64,000 nucleotides of DNA from Rebecca billardiae RCC1528 (lineage: Eukaryota; Protista; Haptophyta). The first letter of the stretch is position 1; the number at the start of each line of letters is the position of its first letter. The position numbers and the translations under genes are program-made. Where the stretch lies: assembly GCA_965240325.2 (NCBI GenBank), contig OZ251228.1, positions 2,852,001-2,916,000 of the forward strand, read 5' to 3'. Below are positions 12,752 through 24,730 of the stretch, piece by piece. The notes under the pieces are model-generated. The model was not told the origin of the DNA. It searched no databases and saw only the letters and a list, made by a program, of their open reading frames with translations.

Positions 12752-14488
12752 CCAGCGGCGCGCCGCGAGCGGTGCCAGGCCGGCGCGCGCGCCGCACGCG
12801 CCGCCGCCGCCTCCACCGCCTCCGCCGGGCACAGCGGGCGCGGGCGCGGGCGCGAGCGGCGCGTCGGCCGCGCTGCTGCACTCACCCACCCTGCTCCACG
12901 CCGCCGGCGCGCTGGCCTCGCCCGGCGCGCACGCGCGCGCCGCGCGCGCGCCGCCGCCGCCGCCGGCCGCCTCCTCGCCCGGCGCCGCGCGCCGCGTCTC
13001 GCGCACGCCCTACCACCACCTGCGGCCGAGCCCGCCACGGCCGGGCGGTGCGGGCGCGGGCGAGGGCGCGTGGTCGGTGGGCTCGGCGCCGCCCTCGCCC
13101 GCGCGCCGCGCGTGGCACCCCGCCGCCGCCGCCGACTCCGAAGGTTCCGACGAAGGTTCCGACGAAGGTTCCGACGAAGGTTCCGACGAAGGTTCCGACG
13201 AAGGTTCCGAGACGCGCCGCGGCTCGGCGGGCACGGCTGAGACAGAGGAGGGCTCGGAGGCGGGCTCGGAGGCGGGCGGTGCAGGGCTCGGCGGGCGCGC
13301 GCGCGAGGGCGGGGCGTCGCCCTCCTCGGCGGGCCATGTGCGCGCGCGCGCGCGCGACGCCGAGGAGCGCCGATGGGCCGGCTCCGCCTCGGCGCTCAAG
13401 GCGGCGCCGGCGGCAGCGGCCGGCGCAGGCGGACGCGGCGCGCAGCAGGGCGGTGGCGGCGGCGCGGCGGCGGTGGCGCCAGCGCCCGGCGCGGGCGGCG
13501 CGGCGGGCGTGATCGCCTCGCGCATCCCCACGCGCCAAGCCGCAGCCGGCGCCACCCCAGCCTCCACCCGCCGGGCCTCGCCAGCCGCCGCGTCGTCGCT
13601 ACCGAGCTCGCCCGTGCGCGCCGGGCGCGCGCGCGGCGCGGCCGGCGGCGCGGCCGGCGCCCCCGGCGGCTCTGTGGGCGGGGGCGCGCGCTTTGTCGAC
13701 CTCAGGGCGGCCGCCGAGCAGGCTGCGCCGAGGCCAGCCGACGCCGTGCCCCGCTCGGCGCGTGCGCAGGACGACGAGCGCGATCCGTTCCCCCGCCGCC
13801 AAGCGCTCCTGTCGGCTGACGACTCGGCTGACTACGCTGGCGCGGCCGACGCGCCGCCCGGCCGCGCGGCCGCGGGCGATGAGCAGCGCCCTGAGCGCCC
13901 TGAGCGCCCTGAGCGCTGGGCGGTGCAGGAGGCGGCCGGCCAGCGCGACGGCGGGCGGGATGCGCTGGCGCCGCCGCCGGAAGCGTCACCCGCGGCGGCC
14001 GGGGAGCGGCGTGTCGCCGCCGCCGGCCGCGCGCCCCCTCCGCCCGCCTCGCCACCCGCCGGTGATGCGGGGCGCGCCCTGGGTGGCCAGATCGGCGTGG
14101 ATGCCGCTGCGGCCGCCGGGGCAGCGGCCGGCGAGGTGGCGGACGAGGCGGCGCGCCCCGGAGCTGGCCCCGCGCGCGCCGAGGGCGCCCGCTCGCCCGC
14201 CTCATGCTCGCCTCAGCCCCGGCCAGGCGCGGAGCACGCGGCTGCCGGCGAGGCTGCAGCTGCTGCCGGCGCCGGCCGCGCTGGCTCGGCGGGCGGCGGC
14301 GCCGCGGCCGCCGCCCAGCTCGCAGCCTCGGAGGACTCGGAAGGGTGTGGGGCGGCGTCGCCCGCTGCCTCCGCTGGTGGGTTCCCCGGGGTGTCGCCCT
14401 CCGCTGCATCCGACTGGCTGCTTGGCGCGCTGGAGCAGCGACTGAGCCCGCCGCCGCGTGAGCAGCAGCAGCAGCCGCAGCAGCAGCC

Positions 14489-14533
<45 letters not shown>

Positions 14534-14635
14534 GCCGCAGCAGCCGCAGCAGCCGCAGCAGCAGCAGCAGCAGCAGCAGCAGCCGCAGCAGCAGCAGCCG
14601 CAGCAGCAGCAGCCGCCGCAGCAGCCGCAGCAGCC

Positions 14636-14674
<39 letters not shown>

Positions 14675-17622
14675 GGCGGCGCGCGATGAGCGTCCGCGCG
14701 CCGACGCTGCCGAGGCACAGCGCGCGGCGGTGCCGGCCGCTCCGAGCGGCCGCGCGGAGGGCGAGGCGGAGCACGCCGCCGCGCGCGCTCCGACGAGCCG
14801 CGCCGACGCTGACGCTTCCGACGCCCCGGCCGCCGGCGCGGCCAGAGCGCGCGCCGCGCCGAGCTCGGGGTCGGCCGAGCGCGGCCCGCCCGGCAGCGGC
14901 GCCGCGCCCACGCCCCGCCGGCGCGCCAAGCTGCTGCACGCGGAGCTGGAGGAGGCGGTGGGGCTGCTCGAGGCGCAGGAGGCGGCGCTGGGGCAGACGG
15001 CGGCGCACAGGGAGCGCGCGGAGCGGGCGGCGCGGCGCGCGCGCGAGGACGCCGAGGCGGCCGAGGCGCGCGCGGCGGCGGCCGAGCGCGCGCTCGCGGC
15101 CGCGCGCTGCGAGGCGGACGCGCACGCGGCGCGCGCGGCCGAGGCGGTGGGCTCGCTCGAGCGCGCGGTGCAGAGCCGCGCGGAGGGCGCGAGCGCCGCC
15201 GCGGCGGGGCTGCGCGCGCAGCTCGAGCGAGCGCGCGCCGAGGCCGCGCAGCTGCGCGAGCGCTGCGCCGCGCTCGAGCGCACAGGCGCGCCAGACTCGA
15301 GCGCGCGCGCAGCCGCTCGCGCGCGCGGCCGCGCGCCCGGCTCGCCGCGTGCGGCCGCGGCGGACGAGGCGGCGGGCGGCGGCGGCGGGCGCGCGCCGCG
15401 GGCGGCGGAGCGCGCGGCGCAGGCGCATGGCGCGGCGCGCGAAGACGGGCCGTGGCCTCGTCGCGAGGGCGGCGGCCGGGACGGCAGCAGCGCACCGCCG
15501 CCGCCGCAGCCGCAGCCGCCGCCGCGCGAGGCGCCGAGCCGCGCCCTCGGCGGCCCGCACGCGCACGCGCACGCGCAGCCGCCGCAGCCGCAGCAGCCGC
15601 AGCCGCAGCCGCTGCATGGCGCCGCCGGGCCGTGGGCGCGAGCGCGTGCGGAGGCGGCGCGCTCGCCGCCGAGGCTGCGCGACGGCGCCGCGCGCGGAGG
15701 CGGCGCGGCGGAGCCTCGAGGCGCGCGCGAGGGGCACCCAGCCGCGCGTGCGGCCGCGGCGGCGCAAGGCTGGGGCGGCGCTTTGCCGGAGGGGGCAGCA
15801 GGATCGGACGCGGCCGCGCGCGCAGCGGCGCGTGCGGAGGCGGAGGGCGAGGTTGTGTATGCGGTGCGCGCGCACGCCGCAGCGCGGGCGCGCGCCCTCC
15901 GCGCGCGCGCGCGCTCGCTCTCGGCCGTGCGCCGCGCGCGAGGCTGCCGCGAGGCTGCCGCGCGGCGCGCTCACTCGCGCGCCCGCACTCCGCGCCCCGC
16001 GCACGGCACCGCGCCGCACCGCGCGGCGCGCACCGCGCGCGCAGGCACGCAGGGTGGCGGCGCCCCCTGCGCAGCCGGCTGCGCGCACGCCGGGGCCGGC
16101 GGACGCGGAGGCGTGGCGGCAGCGGCAGCGGCAGCACTCCGACACGCGCGCGCCCTCGGAGCAGCACGACCGCCGCCACCACCACCAACACCAACGCGCA
16201 CACGCGCCGTGGGCCGATGTGCCGCGCGGCAGCCTCGGCCCGAGCCCCGCTCGCGCGCAGCAGCAGCAGCAGCAGCAGCAGCAGCTGCACGCGGCCCCGG
16301 GCGGCGCGCACGCGCACGCGGGGCGAGGGCCGGGCGGCGGGGAGCCCGAGCGCTCCCCCGACGGGCGGCACCCGCCGCCATCCCGCGCCGACGCGGCGGA
16401 GTGGCGGCGCCACGCGCCGCAGCCGAGGCACAGCGGCCGAGACGACTCGGCCTCGCCGCAGGCCGCGCACGGCCGCGCGCCGGCCGCGCGCCGCGGCGGC
16501 GCGTGGGAGGGCGCGCGCGGCCCGGCCGCTCCGAGCAGCCCCGCGTCGAGCGACGCCTCGTGGGCCTCGGCCGAGCGGGCGCACGCCGGCGGCCGCGGCC
16601 GCGCGTGGCCGGACGGCCGCGCGTCGCACGGCCGGCCGCGGCGCAGCAGGGAGGGCGGAGGCGGCGGCACGCGGCACGCGCGCGCCGCGCGCTCGCGCTC
16701 GCCTCGGCGCGCGCTCGTGCCGTCCGAGCTGGGCGGCGCGCTCGTGCCTGCGTCCGCGCTGCTGCACTCGGAGAACGCGGCGCTGGCCGAGCGGCTGCGC
16801 GCGCTCGAGGAGGCGGAGCTGGGGCGCAGGCTGGCCCTCGCGCACGGCCTCGCGCGCGCGCGCCCACGCGCCCGGCGCGCGCGCGAGCGGCAGTGGCAGC
16901 GGCCGCCCTCCGCCTCCGCCTCAGCCTCAGCCTCAGCCTCCGCCTCCGCCTCAGAGACGGAGGCGGAGACGGAGGAGGAGGAGGAGCGCTGGGCGCACTC
17001 GCGGCCGCACCGCCACGCGCGCCGCCCGTCGGTGCCGCCGTACGAACACGCCACGCGAGCGCGCGCCTCCTCCAGCTCGCGCGCCGAGCGGCGCCCCCGC
17101 CCACACCGCCCCCACCGCCACGCCGAGCGGCCGGCCGCGCCGCACCGGCGGCCGGCGGGTGCGGAGGCGCCGTCCTCGGCCCGCGCCCAGTGGCAGCCTC
17201 GCGGCGCGCACGACCCGCGCCCTCGGCGGCGTGATGACGACACGACCGACGAGGAGGCCGAAGCCCACGACAGGCATGGCCGCCGCCGCCGCCGCCGCTC
17301 CGCCGCCGCCGCGCGGCACGATGCCGACGAGTCAGAGACAGAGTCAGAGTCAGAGTCCGGAGGCAGACGGCGCTGGGCCGAGGGTGGGCGCCACGTGCAC
17401 GCGGCCGACGCGCGCGGCTACGGCGATGGTGGCGGCGCGGCTTCATCCGGGGGTCGCCACGTCGGTCGCACCTACAGCCATCGCATCAGCGCCCGCGATG
17501 TCGATCACCGCGACGAGGACGACGACTATCGCCATGGCGTCGGTCACGTTCACGTTGATGGTGTCTCGTCGGGTGAGTTCGACGACGGACGACGACGGCC
17601 CTACGTCGACGACTACCGATGA
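11018..17622 (+). CDS. Large low-complexity protein with repeated 'RLY(E/D)' and 'P.I...S.RL' motifs, polyQ and coiled coil; introns ~11273-11402 and 15864-16044
   Basis: ORFs 10940, 11277 and 14458 join in frame at GT/AG sites. Repeated VRLYEQA, ARLYEDA, ERLYRHA, ERLYDES and RPSINPIS, PAIDAHS, PAISDRS motifs, a pattern seen in protist cytoskeletal/flagellar repeat proteins. Confidence 0.7.
13140..13210 (+). repeat. 12-bp coding minisatellite (gaaggttccgac) x~6, encoding EGSD
   Basis: Read directly from the sequence. Confidence 0.95.
14463..14675 (+). repeat. CAG/CCG trinucleotide tract encoding ~70 residues of poly-Q/P
   Basis: Read directly from the sequence; in frame with ORF 11277..17234. 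Confidence 0.95.
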
Positions 17623-18338
17623 CCACGGCAACGCCATTGAACTGTGAAGGCTCGTGCGCGTGAGAAGGCGCGCCGCAGCGGCCGCGGGGGCGCCGCAGTC
17701 GCAAGGTCGTCGGGTAGTCGGCTCGGAATCTCGGAATCTCGGATCAGGATTCAGGATGACTTAGACTATGAGTGAGGGCTCGAATTTCGACTAGATGGCT
17801 CGGATGCGGCCGCGCCATCACTTTGATTATATAGTCGCGTGTCGACGCGATGACAGACCCTCAACGATCATCGATAGATCCGCCACGATCGATACGACGC
17901 GCGATGATTCAATTGACGATGCATCAGCATCATGACTTGAATCATGTGAGCATGCCCATGCCCATCGGGCATCATGCCATGGCCGATGGCGCGCGCGGCG
18001 TCGTCGTCATCAATGACCGCGCCCATCATGATGTACGCGCCGCGGGCATCACCGCGCATCAGAGAGAGAGAGAGATACACACATCTGATGTGCAGCACCC
18101 GACGCACAAGGCACATGTGACATGACCGCAGTGGCGCAGTTGGGCGGATACCCTTTCGCGTCGCAAGGTGACGCGCGAGAGGCCGGTCGCCGCGGCCGAG
18201 CGGCGTGGCTGTGCCGCCTACATGCTGGGCGCCCATGGACTTGACTTCGCCGCGCGCGCTGAGGCTGGCGGGCGTCGCGATCGTTAACGACACAGGTACA
18301 GGGGGGTCCAGATGGTGGGCCCCACTTTGGCGGTGGCT

Positions 18339-19424
18339 GGCCAGGTAGTGCGGCACGTCCGTGCCTCTGGACGGGCATTGAGCGGTGGCGAGGTCGCCAA
18401 ATGGCGTGGCGTGGTCCCAGACAAGGTTGTTACTAGTCCTGATCAGCTCGCTAGCCATGTCGGTCGATGATCGCCTCGCCGTTGACAGGCGCGCACACGC
18501 TGCACACGTATTCGCACGGTAGCCGTGTCGGACGGCGGTCGCACGACTACCGCGCAGTCAACATTGATCGTCAGACTCGCGGTGTGTTGGGTCAGACGGA
18601 ACATTGACTGGTCTGCACCGTCGCAAGGCAGACCAAAAAGGTCGGCATGGCCGTCGGAACAGTGATCCTGGTCCCTGCTTCCCATTCTTCCCATGCGCAG
18701 CCTCACGCGCGCGCCGGTCGCACGAGGACGTGGACGTGGACGTGAGTGAGAGTGGTCGAAAAGTCGGAAAGGAAGCTGTCACTCATGCCCATGCGCTCGT
18801 ACGACCGCACCAACCTGCCTACGCCACGCCCCGGTGACCCGGCCGTGGCGCTGGGGCCTTCGAGCAGCGCACGCGCAGCAGATGGTCGCAATGCTCACAG
18901 CGGTAGCCGAGCGTCGGCGAGAGGCCGTCGGGCACGAAGTCGTCGCCGCTGAGCACGTAGCTGCCGGACTCACCGCACGCTTCGCACGTGAGGTGCTGCA
19001 CCATGTCCTCTTCCAGCATCTCCATGCTCATGAGGACATTGCCGCGCGGCCCGGCGTTGCGCTTCTCCTCAATCTCAGCAGCTGCCTTGGCCTCGTGGAC
19101 GTGGGAGTTGTGCTTGCTGGGTGGGCTGAACATGGCGTCGTAGTTGAAGCGCACCGGCGAGACATGCTCGCGATGCGGGCGCTCGATTCTGCATCGCGAG
19201 AGGAGGTTCGCCCTCCGCGTGCCGGCCGCACTTGCAGCTGCGCCAGCCGACGCCGGCGGCGGTGCCGCCGGCGGCGGCGTCGACGCTCCAGCCTCCTGCT
19301 CGCCGAGCCCACGTTCGAGCATCCGATCGATGCGCTTGCCGGGATTCGCATGCCTCTCCAGCGTCGCGACGTGTGCGACTTTGCGCCTACGTCGCGCCTC
19401 GTTGAACGCCGCGATGCTCGGCAT
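18339..19424 (-). pseudogene. Degenerate Mutator-like transposase (N-terminal zinc ribbon to first catalytic Asp region), frameshifted
   Basis: HLTCEACG...GLSPTLGYRCEHC zinc ribbon, then RLVRSYERMGMSDSFLSDFSTTL, then LTINVDCA..HGYRANT..VNGEAIID in shifting frames. Order and content match the Mutator-like transposase pattern CxxC..GL..CxxC..N.R.V....G.G...F....(I/V).VDG.W..R.GY.S..G......GK.LD. Confidence 0.6.
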
Positions 19425-19549
19425 CGCTGGCGCACGTGCTTGCGGCCGCGTTTGAACCCGGCCTCCCGCGCCCGGCCCGACTACCGAGTGATGCAGTTCG
19501 GAGCCGCTGCGCCAGCCGGACCCCGACGAATTCCCAGACGACAACCTTA

Positions 19550-21148
19550 ATGAGCCGCAAGCGTGATCACGCCGGATGCACCACGCGGCCTCACTTCGGC
19601 GTGGCAGGTGACGGGCGCGCCAGCCGGTGCGCTGCGCACAAGCTGGACGGCATGGTTGACGTGAGGAGCCCAAAGTGTGATTACGAGGGCTGCACCAAGG
19701 GGCCTTACTTCGGCATGCCAGGCGACGCGCGCGCCAGCCGGTGCGCCACGCACAAGCTGGCCGGCATGGTCGACGTGAGGAGCCTCAAGTGTGATCACAC
19801 CGGCTGCACCACGCAGCCTTCGTTCGGCATGCCGGGCGACGCGCGCGCCAGCCGGTGCGCTACGCACAAGCTAGCCGGCATGGTCGACGTGAAGAGCCGC
19901 CAGTGTGATCACGCCGGCTGCACCAAGCAGCCTGCGTTCGGCATGCCAGGTGACGCGCGCGCCAGCCGGTGTGCTGCGCACAAGCTGGCCGGCATGGTCG
20001 ACGTGAGGCACCCCAAGTGTGATCACGCTGGCTGCACCACGCAGCCTGCGTTCGGCATGCCGGGCGACGCGCGCCCCAGCCGGTGCGCTGCGCACAAGCT
20101 GGCCGGCATGGTCGACGTGAGGAGCCCAAAGTGTGATCACGCGGGCTGCACCAAGGGGCCTTCGTTCGGCATGCCGGGCGACGCGCGCGCCAGTCGGTGC
20201 GCTACGCACAAGCTGGCCGGCATGGTCGACGTGAAGCACCCCAAGTGTGATCACACAGGCTGCACCAAGGTGCCTTCGTTCGGCATGCCGGGCGACGCGC
20301 GCGCTAGCCGGTGCGCTGCGCACAAGCTGGCCGGCATGGTCGACGTGAAGAGCCGCAAGTGTGACCACACCGGCTGCACCACGGTGCCTGCGTTCGGCAT
20401 GCCGGGCGACGCGCGCGCCAGCCGGTGTGCTACGCACAAGCTGGCCGGCATGGTATGCAGTCGGCTCGCCGCCCCCAAGGGCAGGCTGGGGCATGGTGCC
20501 GGCGACCAGGGCACGCGCGCCGCGAGGCGATACAAACGCAGCAGCCGCATTGCGGCTGTCTCGGACGCTGCGCCGCGGCTGCCCGCACCCACGCCGCTGG
20601 TCGCAGTCAGCATCGTCCGCTGGCGCGCGCCAGATGGCACGATCCATTCGGTTGATGACGGGGTGGTCAATGATGGTGCCCTGGGCCTGGACCAGCGGCA
20701 TCTGTGTGGCAACGCAGGTGGCGATGCAATCCGGGCTGCCAGTGGCATCTACGAGCAGGGACTACTAGCAGGCATCAACACCACCGCTGCGCCAGGACTA
20801 CCATCATCATCGATGGCAGCGGCGGGAGCACGACGACAGCAACCACAAATCGTACCTGTGGTGATGGCGAGGAGGGCCTGGGTCGATGCTGGCGGCTGCT
20901 CAGAAGCGCGTCACAGCTCCGGAGTCTCCAGGCTCGAAAGAGGCAACGAGGCGGTGAGTTGCCGAATGCCACCACACGGCGGTGTCGGTGACGCAGACAC
21001 CGAATCTGACTACGACCGTTGGACCGTGATGTCGCATGCGATCTGCCGTCGTCGTCGTCGTCTTAGCGTAGTGGTAGTACATATATATATATATATATAT
21101 ATGCGGTATAGCAGTTATATACTCATCACTATAGCAGTTACTATATGA
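19550..21148 (+). CDS. EsV-1-7 cysteine-rich repeat protein, 8 x 38-aa repeats (array ~19556-20455); true 3' end uncertain because the ORF runs into (TA)n
   Basis: Repeat KCDHxGCTxxPxFGMPGDARASRCAxHKLAGMVDVxxx is C-x4-C-x16-C-x2-H, matching the EsV-1-7 motif; 114-bp tandem DNA unit. Confidence 0.85.
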   Translation: MSRKRDHAGCTTRPHFGVAGDGRASRCAAHKLDGMVDVRSPKCDYEGCTKGPYFGMPGDARASRCATHKLAGMVDVRSLKCDHTGCTTQPSFGMPGDARASRCATHKLAGMVDVKSRQCDHAGCTKQPAFGMPGDARASRCAAHKLAGMVDVRHPKCDHAGCTTQPAFGMPGDARPSRCAAHKLAGMVDVRSPKCDHAGCTKGPSFGMPGDARASRCATHKLAGMVDVKHPKCDHTGCTKVPSFGMPGDARASRCAAHKLAGMVDVKSRKCDHTGCTTVPAFGMPGDARASRCATHKLAGMVCSRLAAPKGRLGHGAGDQGTRAARRYKRSSRIAAVSDAAPRLPAPTPLVAVSIVRWRAPDGTIHSVDDGVVNDGALGLDQRHLCGNAGGDAIRAASGIYEQGLLAGINTTAAPGLPSSSMAAAGARRQQPQIVPVVMARRAWVDAGGCSEARHSSGVSRLERGNEAVSCRMPPHGGVGDADTESDYDRWTVMSHAICRRRRRLSVVVVHIYIYIYMRYSSYILITIAVTI

Positions 21149-21598
21149 TCATCATAATCTCAGTCTCATTCAGAGCATGCGCATGCATATATATATATGT
21201 CTAGCCACTCCGCCATGCCCGGCTCGTACAAGGCGTCGGGTACGAATGGACTCTGGAGCTGGATGGTCGCGGCGCGCGGCGTCGTGGAGTAGACAGACCA
21301 CAATGATCAATCATGGAACGATCAGGTTAGCTATGTTGGGATTTGAGCAACGAACGACAGCAGGCGCTGGCAGCGGCGTGGCGGTTGAGCTGCTGCCCGA
21401 GGTCGAGAGGGCGCCCGCGAGTCCCGTTTATAAGTTGGAGCGGGCGTCCAAGTAGTCGTTGATGAATCCCGTTTAGAAATAGAAGAGACGAGGACTGCGC
21501 GGCCGCGCGCGCACGATCGATCGCGACGCGCGGCGAGCAGACACGCGTCAGAGTGCGCCGCACCCGCGCGACGCACGGGCGCGAGGCGAGCGCGTATC

Positions 21599-22068
21599 TC
21601 AAACGATGAAGCGTGCGGGTTGACGCGACAGCGGCGAGAGCAAGAGACCATTGCATGAGGGGCGACGCGGCGAAGACAGATGATGACGTCGCGCCGCCGA
21701 ACGATCAGGCGGGGAGCCGGGCCACACAGACAGCCAGCGACCTTACCGAGCAGAGGGGCTGCGGCGACTGCGGTGCACCTCCTGCAGCGGAGCGTGCACC
21801 CGGCAGTGCCCGATGCAGGCGATTCCCTTGCCCAGCTCGGCGCCTTCGTCGTGAGCAGCCCCATGGCGCCCCCGAGAGCGAAGCCTGATCGATCCGATGT
21901 GAGCGGTAACCAACCGAGTCCTGCAGGTGCGCCGCTGTGGGCCAGATTGGCAGCGCACCAGGACTCCTGCGCGCGGCGGTGCGCACAGGACAACGCAGGA
22001 ATGCCGTGCGAGCCGGATTCTTGGCGTCGCTCATAGACACTCAGTTATAGGTTCCCTATAACGCCACA
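21599..22068 (+). mobile_element. Right-end fragment of a TA-targeting TIR element; near-identical to 39158-39630
   Basis: ORFs 21613..21888 and 39172..39447 translate identically. Both copies end cagttataggttccctataacgccaca followed by (TA)n. Confidence 0.85.
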
Positions 22069-22352
22069 TATATATATATCAAATATATATATATATATAT
22101 TATTGGTCCGCGGCGCCCGGCAGAATAAACTAATGCGCGCCAGCAGTGGCGGCCGCCGGCCGCGTCAGGCACGCTCTACGGCTCCTGCTGATCGGATGGC
22201 AAGACGACGAGACTAGAGAGTGGCACGACTACTGAGAGTGAGACGTAGTACTACGCACTACGTCACTACGTGAGTCCGTGACTACTAGTACTACGACGAG
22301 CAGCAAGCGCTTAGCACCGAGCACTGGCAGGCTGCTCGCAGCAGGCCGCTCG

Positions 22353-23832
22353 TCAGCGCTGGCAGACGACGGCGTACTCGAGCGTGGCCCCGTTGAAGAC
22401 GGGCGGCGCGTCGAACCACGCGCCGAACTCGCCCATCGCGGCGAGGCCCTCGCCCGTGTCGCCGTAGCGCGTGCCGTCGTCCGGCTCGCCGCCCTCGTCC
22501 CAGTTGGTGTATGTGAGCTCGGAGCCGTCCGCCCAGTGCCAGCCGCCGTCGGGCTCGGCGGCGCCGCGCGACTGCTCGAGCCCGATCCACACGTTCAGCC
22601 GGAACCGCTCGAGGCAGCGCACGAGGCTGTTCGCCGAGGGCACGCTCGGGCTGACCACGTGCGCGCCGTGCGCCGCGCACGCCGCCTGCGCGGCCGCGTA
22701 CGAGGCGGAGACACCGAGCGGCCGGTACGCCACGTCGTGCAGCAGCACCCAGCCGTCGCGGTCGGTGGGCAGCGCGTCCACCAGGGCGGAGCACGCGTTG
22801 CACGCGCGCTGCGCGCGCCACGAGAGCGCGGCGACCGCGAGGAAGATCAGCGCGTAGTACAGCGCGATCAGCGCGGCCATCGTGCCGACGCGCTGCAGCG
22901 TCGGCCGCAGCCCTTCCTCCTCACTCAGCGCGTACACGGGCGCGTCCGCGCCCTTGAGCCGGCGCGTGAGGAGCGCGTGCACGTGCCGGCCGCCGAAGAG
23001 GTTGAAGAGCAGCCCGCACACGTGCACCGCCGCCCAGTACACGTTGTCCGAGCCCACCTCCCCCGTGAACCCCCAGAGCGCCAGCAGGGCGTACAGAAAC
23101 ATGAGCGACAGCACCACCTGCAAGGAGAGCAGCGCGCGCCGCAGCTCGCGCGTGACCTCGGGCGCGGTGAGGTCGTCGATGCCGCACATGCCGCGCACGG
23201 CGACGACGAGCATGTACAGCGCGGAGAGGCCCACGCTCGTGATGATCACCCAGAACTGCGCGCACGCCGCGCGCGCGGCGCGCCCCCCGCGCGTCACGCG
23301 CCAAACCGCGCGCACGCGCGCGCGCGTGCGCGCGCGGTGCGCGCACGGTGGGGAACAGCGCCCAGATCACGGTGCGGCTCGCGCACGACTGGTCGATGCG
23401 CTGCGACTCGAGCCGCGAGACGATCACGTCGGGCGCGAGCAGGCCGACGGTCGTGATCGCGGCCGTGAGGTACAGGCACACGCTCAGCACAGCCAGCGCC
23501 ATGCTGTCGGTGGGCGCCGCGGCGAGCCAGAAGACGACGAAGCTGAGGAAGTACACGCCGCCGAACCCCTCGAACGAGAACGGCATCGGCGCGAAGAACG
23601 TGCCGATCAGGCCGCCGCTCATCATGAAGAAGGCGATGATGCTGAGCACGATCACGAACGGCGCCCAGGGGTCGCGCAGGTCGCACGCGTCGATGAGGCT
23701 GGGGACGCGCCGACGCGAGGGCCTCGTGCGCGAGCTCGTGCGCGCGGCGCCCGGCGAGTCCTGCTCCGCCTCGTGAGGCGGCTGGCCGCCTCCCGACCTG
23801 TCGAGCGACGGGGCGGCCTTTGGCGGCGCCAT
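22353..23832 (-). CDS. Multi-pass (~7 TM) membrane protein with C-terminal C-type lectin domain; intron ~23256-23346
   Basis: Seven hydrophobic segments followed by SYAAAQAACAAHGAHV...VWIGL...WHWADGSELTYTNWDEGGEPDD...GAWFD...AVVCQR, a canonical CTLD signature. Confidence 0.85.
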
Positions 23833-24136
23833 ATCTCCGGCCGCACGGCCACGACCACTTGGTTCACCACGCAGAGCGAGCCGGGTGAAGAAGTACTACT
23901 GTTGACGAAGGACGAACTATATGGGGGTACGGATGATTTCACGGTCATTTGGACCAGGACTTTACACCGGTACAGCAGCACAATCACTGCAATGTCACCT
24001 CCGAGCCCGCAACAGCAGCCGCGGCCGCCACGGCGACGCAGGCGGCGAGAAGGTTCTCAGGGCGCGGGCAGCATGCGCGGCGTCAACGCCGGCACGCGCG
24101 CTCCCGTCCCGCGGGCGAAGCCGCAGCCTCGACAGC

Positions 24137-24730
24137 CTACTTCTTGCCGAAGAGGAAGTCGAACGGGCCGGGCTTCTTGCCGCCCGGAGCCTGCTTCTTC
24201 TCCTCGCCCTTCGCCTTCTTGGCCGGCTTCTCCTCCACCCAGCCCATGTCCACGTACGGCAGGCGCAGGTCGAAGCGCTCGCCGTTGTCGAACTTGCCGC
24301 CCACGCCGAACTCGCCGCCCACGCCGAAGCTCGCCATCGGCAGCGGGATGCCGCCCTTCTGCTGGTCCTCGTACCCGAGCTTCTTCACCTTGCCGGTCGC
24401 GCGCCGCTTCTTGAACTCGTCGAGCTTGTTGAAGCCGGCGGAGTCCTCGCGCTTCTGCCAGGCGAGCTTGTCGATCCACTTGTCCGTCTCTTGCTCGCGC
24501 CTCTTCTCCGTGTCCTTGAAGTACTGCTCCCTCGCCCTCGGGTTGCGCCGGCGCGCGAGGATGGCCTGCTGCGCCTCGTACGCCTCGTCGATGGCGCGCT
24601 GCTGTGCAGCGCTCTTGCCGAAGATCATCACGTGCGACGCGCGCGCCACACTGGCGTCGCGCGCGAGCGCCGTGCGCATGCCGCCGGGGCAGAACGCGTG
24701 CGCCCCCACGAGCATCAACGAGAGCATCAT
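24137..24730 (-). CDS. Probable plastid-targeted algal protein of unknown function
   Basis: Signal peptide ending AHA-F, then an R/A/S-rich transit-like stretch. Strong coding bias; distinctive C-terminal motif GIPLPMASFGVGGEFGVGGKFDNGERFDLRLPYVDMGWV. Confidence 0.8.
   Translation of the reverse strand: MMLSLMLVGAHAFCPGGMRTALARDASVARASHVMIFGKSAAQQRAIDEAYEAQQAILARRRNPRAREQYFKDTEKRREQETDKWIDKLAWQKREDSAGFNKLDEFKKRRATGKVKKLGYEDQQKGGIPLPMASFGVGGEFGVGGKFDNGERFDLRLPYVDMGWVEEKPAKKAKGEEKKQAPGGKKPGPFDFLFGKK

Noticed and set aside
14213-15283. Poly-Cys (metallothionein-like) ORF
   Set aside because: It is the antisense reading of the CAG/CCG tract.
7271-17446. Very long Arg/Ala/Pro-rich ORFs on the antisense strand and in alternative frames
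   Set aside because: These are shadow ORFs caused by stop-codon scarcity at very high GC; they overlap better-supported genes and have no motifs.
19550-20455. Endogenous giant-virus insertion, suggested by the EsV-1-7 domain
   Set aside because: No NCLDV core genes are nearby; the context is host genes with introns and a transposase relic.
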